From a virus, in IMG/VR virus record IMGVR_UViG_3300005836_000021, positions 1 to 53,308 of that record: a stretch of DNA of 53,308 nucleotides. One strand, given 5' to 3'. A program made the position numbers and the translations under genes. Under the pieces are notes generated by a model. That model ran no database searches, was not told where the DNA came from, and saw only the letters and a list, made by a program, of their open reading frames with translations. Positions 51,355 through 53,308 of this stretch are shown piece by piece (position 1 is the first letter of the stretch; every line of letters begins with the position of its first letter).

Positions 51355-51537
51355 GCCTATTGTGCACAGGGCAGGCCAGGGCGTGTGTGTTAGGGGCGTG
51401 TAGGAGGGTTTAATACGTTTAGGCGGTTGTATTCAAGCGCACGGCCGTCACCACTGTGTGTGGTCAGGGTCGTAGTAGTTTCGTGCGCGAGCTTGAACCA
51501 GGGGGCAGATAAACATTAAACCCCTCTAGCAACCCCC

Positions 51538-51567
51538 TTGCATCAACCCACTAGCCTGTGCTAATAT
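51538..51567 (+). promoter_or_regulatory. Rightward sigma70-like promoter TTGCAT-N18-(TGc)TAATAT
   Basis: TTGCATcaacccactagcctgTGcTAATAT ends about 38 nt upstream of ATG 51606, which is preceded by AAGGGAGG. Confidence 0.5.
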
Positions 51568-51605
51568 GCCACAGGTGGCACTAAGGCCACACAAAGGGAG
51601 GCTTC

Positions 51606-51965
51606 ATGAAGGTTAGGGTCACACCAGAATTCAAGGCTGCGTACCACGCCCGCCCTGCGTCGTTGACCAGGATGTTACTGGCCAGGTGCGCTCAGGTTAC
51701 AAACGACGATTTGGTGGGCTTGTACTTTGCCCCCAGTTTCGCCTTCGTTGACAGCCCCGTGCACATGGCGCGAATCCAGGCATTTGCGCAGGGCCTGCAC
51801 TTCGAGGGCCCTTTGGTGGTGCCCGACGAGGCCTCGGCCCTGCGCGAAGAGGTACGTGCGGCACGCACCGCGCGGCACGCGAAGGCACGTGCGGATGAAA
51901 TCGCGCGGCTCAAGGGCGAGCTGGCCCTGCTGCGCGCGGCACAAGCCCAAAGTCCCAATGAATAA
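51606..51965 (+). CDS. Hypothetical protein (119 aa) with a C-terminal coiled coil
   Basis: Track ORF with a strong SD. Confidence 0.55.
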   Translation: MKVRVTPEFKAAYHARPASLTRMLLARCAQVTNDDLVGLYFAPSFAFVDSPVHMARIQAFAQGLHFEGPLVVPDEASALREEVRAARTARHAKARADEIARLKGELALLRAAQAQSPNE

Positions 51966-51968
51966 GCG

Positions 51969-51986
51969 GCACCCCCAGGGGGGTGC
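51969..51986 (+). terminator. Hairpin gcaccccc / gggggtgc followed by ATTT
   Basis: Read directly, 4 nt after the stop at 51965. Confidence 0.45.
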
Positions 51987-52190
51987 ATTTCTGCGTTGCA
52001 CCCTCGTGAATTTGCTTGATCGCTGGGCAATCGGGTGCAAGCAAAAAGTGGCTTCCTCGTAACCCACTTGAAATCAGTCCTTTGCCAAATATTGGCTTCC
52101 TGGAGCGCGTTTCTGCAACATTCGGGGGTTGGCGCCGGTGCGCCTGCCCCCAGAAACGGCCTGTTCCGCGAGTTTATTTTGGAACAAGGT

Positions 52191-52211
52191 TGGCACGCAG
52201 ACTGCATATGG
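52191..52211 (+). promoter_or_regulatory. Sigma54-type -24/-12 promoter motif, copy 6
   Basis: TGGCACGCAGACTGCATATGG. Coordinates were set from the frame of ORF 52035..53000. The gene start at 52254 has AAGGAGG upstream. Confidence 0.5.
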
Positions 52212-52253
52212 GTAAGGTCGTGCGGGCTGCGATACTTGCCCCAAGGAGGCGAA

Positions 52254-53000
52254 ATGACGAAGGCACTGGCGTTGACCCTGGCCCTGCTGGCCTGCACGGC
52301 CCAGGCGGGCCCCGTGGCTGTGGTACTGGCCGGCCAAAGCAACATGGTGGGCATTGCACCGCTGTTGCCGGAAGATCGCCTGCCTAGCGCCGCACCAATT
52401 GGTGTGGTGAACAGCGTTGGGCGACTTCAAGACTCCGCAGAGCCGTACTCCAAGAAACCCGGCGCGGGCGTCTCCCTGGCCCGCTCCTTCGCGCTGAAGA
52501 TCCTCGCAGACGACCCGACAGTGGATCAGGTCTGGCTCATTGAGTGCGCGGTGGGAGGCACGGGAAGCGAGCTGTGGGTGCCGGGTGCCAGACTGTTCGA
52601 TGCCTGCATCACGCGGGCCCGCGGCATACCAGCCATTTTCAGGGTGCCGGTGGTTGCGGTGCTGTGGCACCAAGGCGAAAGCGACTGCTCGCCTCGCCTA
52701 TCCAAGACCTACGCTGTGCGCTTGGCGGCCATCATTGCGGGCTTCCGTGCTGCGTTTCCGGGGGCCGCGTTTGTGGGCGGGGAACTGGAGAACCCGTACC
52801 GTTGGGGCGATTACACAGCCAGCCAGTGGCACTACATCGTGGACGCCACCCGTGCCCAAGCGGACGCGTTTGTGCCCGCCGCGGACCTGGCCCTGCTGCC
52901 CCGCAGCCAGCATCACTTCGACCGCAACAGCCTGCGCACGCTGGGAGAGCGGTACGCGGAGGCGCTGGAATCGATACGGCCTGCACTCGGCGACTGGTAG
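52254..53000 (+). CDS. SASA/SGNH-type carbohydrate O-acetylesterase (sialate O-acetylesterase-like) with a signal or lipoprotein peptide
   Basis: MTKALALTLALLAC is the signal segment. VVLAGQSNMVG, ECAVGGTGSELW and AVLWHQGESD are the SASA-domain motifs. Confidence 0.7.
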   Translation: MTKALALTLALLACTAQAGPVAVVLAGQSNMVGIAPLLPEDRLPSAAPIGVVNSVGRLQDSAEPYSKKPGAGVSLARSFALKILADDPTVDQVWLIECAVGGTGSELWVPGARLFDACITRARGIPAIFRVPVVAVLWHQGESDCSPRLSKTYAVRLAAIIAGFRAAFPGAAFVGGELENPYRWGDYTASQWHYIVDATRAQADAFVPAADLALLPRSQHHFDRNSLRTLGERYAEALESIRPALGDW

Positions 53001-53001
53001 T

Positions 53002-53022
53002 TGGCATGCACACTGCATAAGG
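53002..53022 (+). promoter_or_regulatory. Sigma54-type -24/-12 promoter motif, copy 7
   Basis: TGGCATGCACACTGCATAAGG. ATG 53031 is 15 nt after the C of the GC. Confidence 0.5.
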
Positions 53023-53030
53023 AACAAGGC

Positions 53031-53308
53031 ATGAGCGACACAACCCGTACCCAGCAACCCCTGACCGAGGACGAGGGCATACGCTGTGCCCAGTGCGGCA
53101 CCCTGGTGCACCGTGGGGAAATAGTGCAGGTGCGGCGCCTGGGGCTGCGGGACGTGTGCCGCCCCTGTGGGCAGCGCGCCGTGGCCGCGTGCCCGAAGGC
53201 CCAAGAGCCTCCTGCCGTACGGCGCAGGAGGCTCAAAAACCTGCGCGCGCGGGCACGGTATGACGCGCTGCGCAGCCTGGGCCTCAAGCGCACGCCCTAC
53301 GGGTGGGA
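53031..53308 (+). CDS. Small zinc-ribbon protein (93 aa); the ORF runs off the window end and finishes at 122-124 across the circular junction
   Basis: MSDTTRTQQPLTEDEGIRCAQCG...CRPCGQ carries two CxxC pairs, followed by a basic tail RRRRLKNLRARARY. Confidence 0.55.
   Translation, partial: MSDTTRTQQPLTEDEGIRCAQCGTLVHRGEIVQVRRLGLRDVCRPCGQRAVAACPKAQEPPAVRRRRLKNLRARARYDALRSLGLKRTPYGW
53189..53308. repeat. Terminal overlap, right copy (identical to 1-120)
   Basis: Read directly. This is either an assembly circularisation overlap or a short direct terminal repeat. Confidence 0.95.

Noticed and set aside
51002-51367. Minus-strand ORF of 121 aa in the control region
   Set aside because: The translation is His/Thr/Cys/Met-rich nonsense with no SD. 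It spans the promoter and repeat elements. The region has atypical (lower GC) composition consistent with non-coding regulatory DNA.
51338-51367. Minus-strand TTGCATATGG resembling the -12 half of the sigma54-like motif
   Set aside because: The upstream GTGCAC is 2 nt too far away and lacks the GG. The hexamer is better explained as the -35 element of a TTGCAT-N17-TACACT sigma70-type promoter.
52016-52387. ORF in the frame of the GTG (about 52220) that sits at the +15 position of sigma54-like copy 6
   Set aside because: The translation is Gly/Arg/Pro-rich and overlaps the esterase gene out of frame. The esterase frame has a strong AAGGAGG, a signal peptide and catalytic motifs. Copy 6 is therefore assumed to drive a ~45-nt leadered transcript instead.

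Overview
The window is a complete, GC-rich, tailed dsDNA phage genome. Bases 1-120 are identical to 53189-53308, so the contig closes into a circle of 53188 unique bp, and one ORF reads through the junction. Layout: (i) 1-24.9 kb on the plus strand holds about 50 tightly packed early, replication and nucleotide-metabolism genes. These include an HNH endonuclease, a PLP enzyme next to a B12-type radical SAM enzyme, a DNA methyltransferase, an amidase, a SleB-like hydrolase, family A DNA polymerase, VRR-NUC, a Cas4-like nuclease, a metallophosphoesterase, an SNF2 helicase and a primase-polymerase with helicase. (ii) 24.9-51.0 kb on the minus strand is a lambda-like late operon: Nu1-like TerS, GpA-like TerL, gpW, portal, ClpP-like protease, gpD-like decoration protein, gpE-like capsid protein, connectors, major tail protein, chaperones, tape measure, Dit-like protein and fibres. 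(iii) 51.0-51.6 kb is a lower-GC control region with divergent sigma70-like promoters. (iv) 51.6-53.3 kb carries three more plus-strand genes. No tRNA, CRISPR array, integrase or obvious repressor was seen. Four things are most worth a second look. (1) A radical SAM/SPASM enzyme plus a methyltransferase are translationally coupled inside the tail-fibre operon, directly downstream of a fibre whose C-terminus is 21 consecutive His-x-Asp triplets; this could be a RiPP-like maturation system acting on a virion protein. (2) Seven plus-strand sites match the sigma54 -24/-12 promoter geometry (TGGCAC-N6-TGCAT), each placed 14-15 nt upstream of a start codon. (3) A roughly 6 kb accessory island with glycosyltransferase, methyltransferase, lysis and envelope genes splits terL from gpW and portal. 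(4) An early locus combines a PLP enzyme with a B12-radical SAM enzyme. All function calls come from motifs read by eye in the supplied translations; no database search was run.
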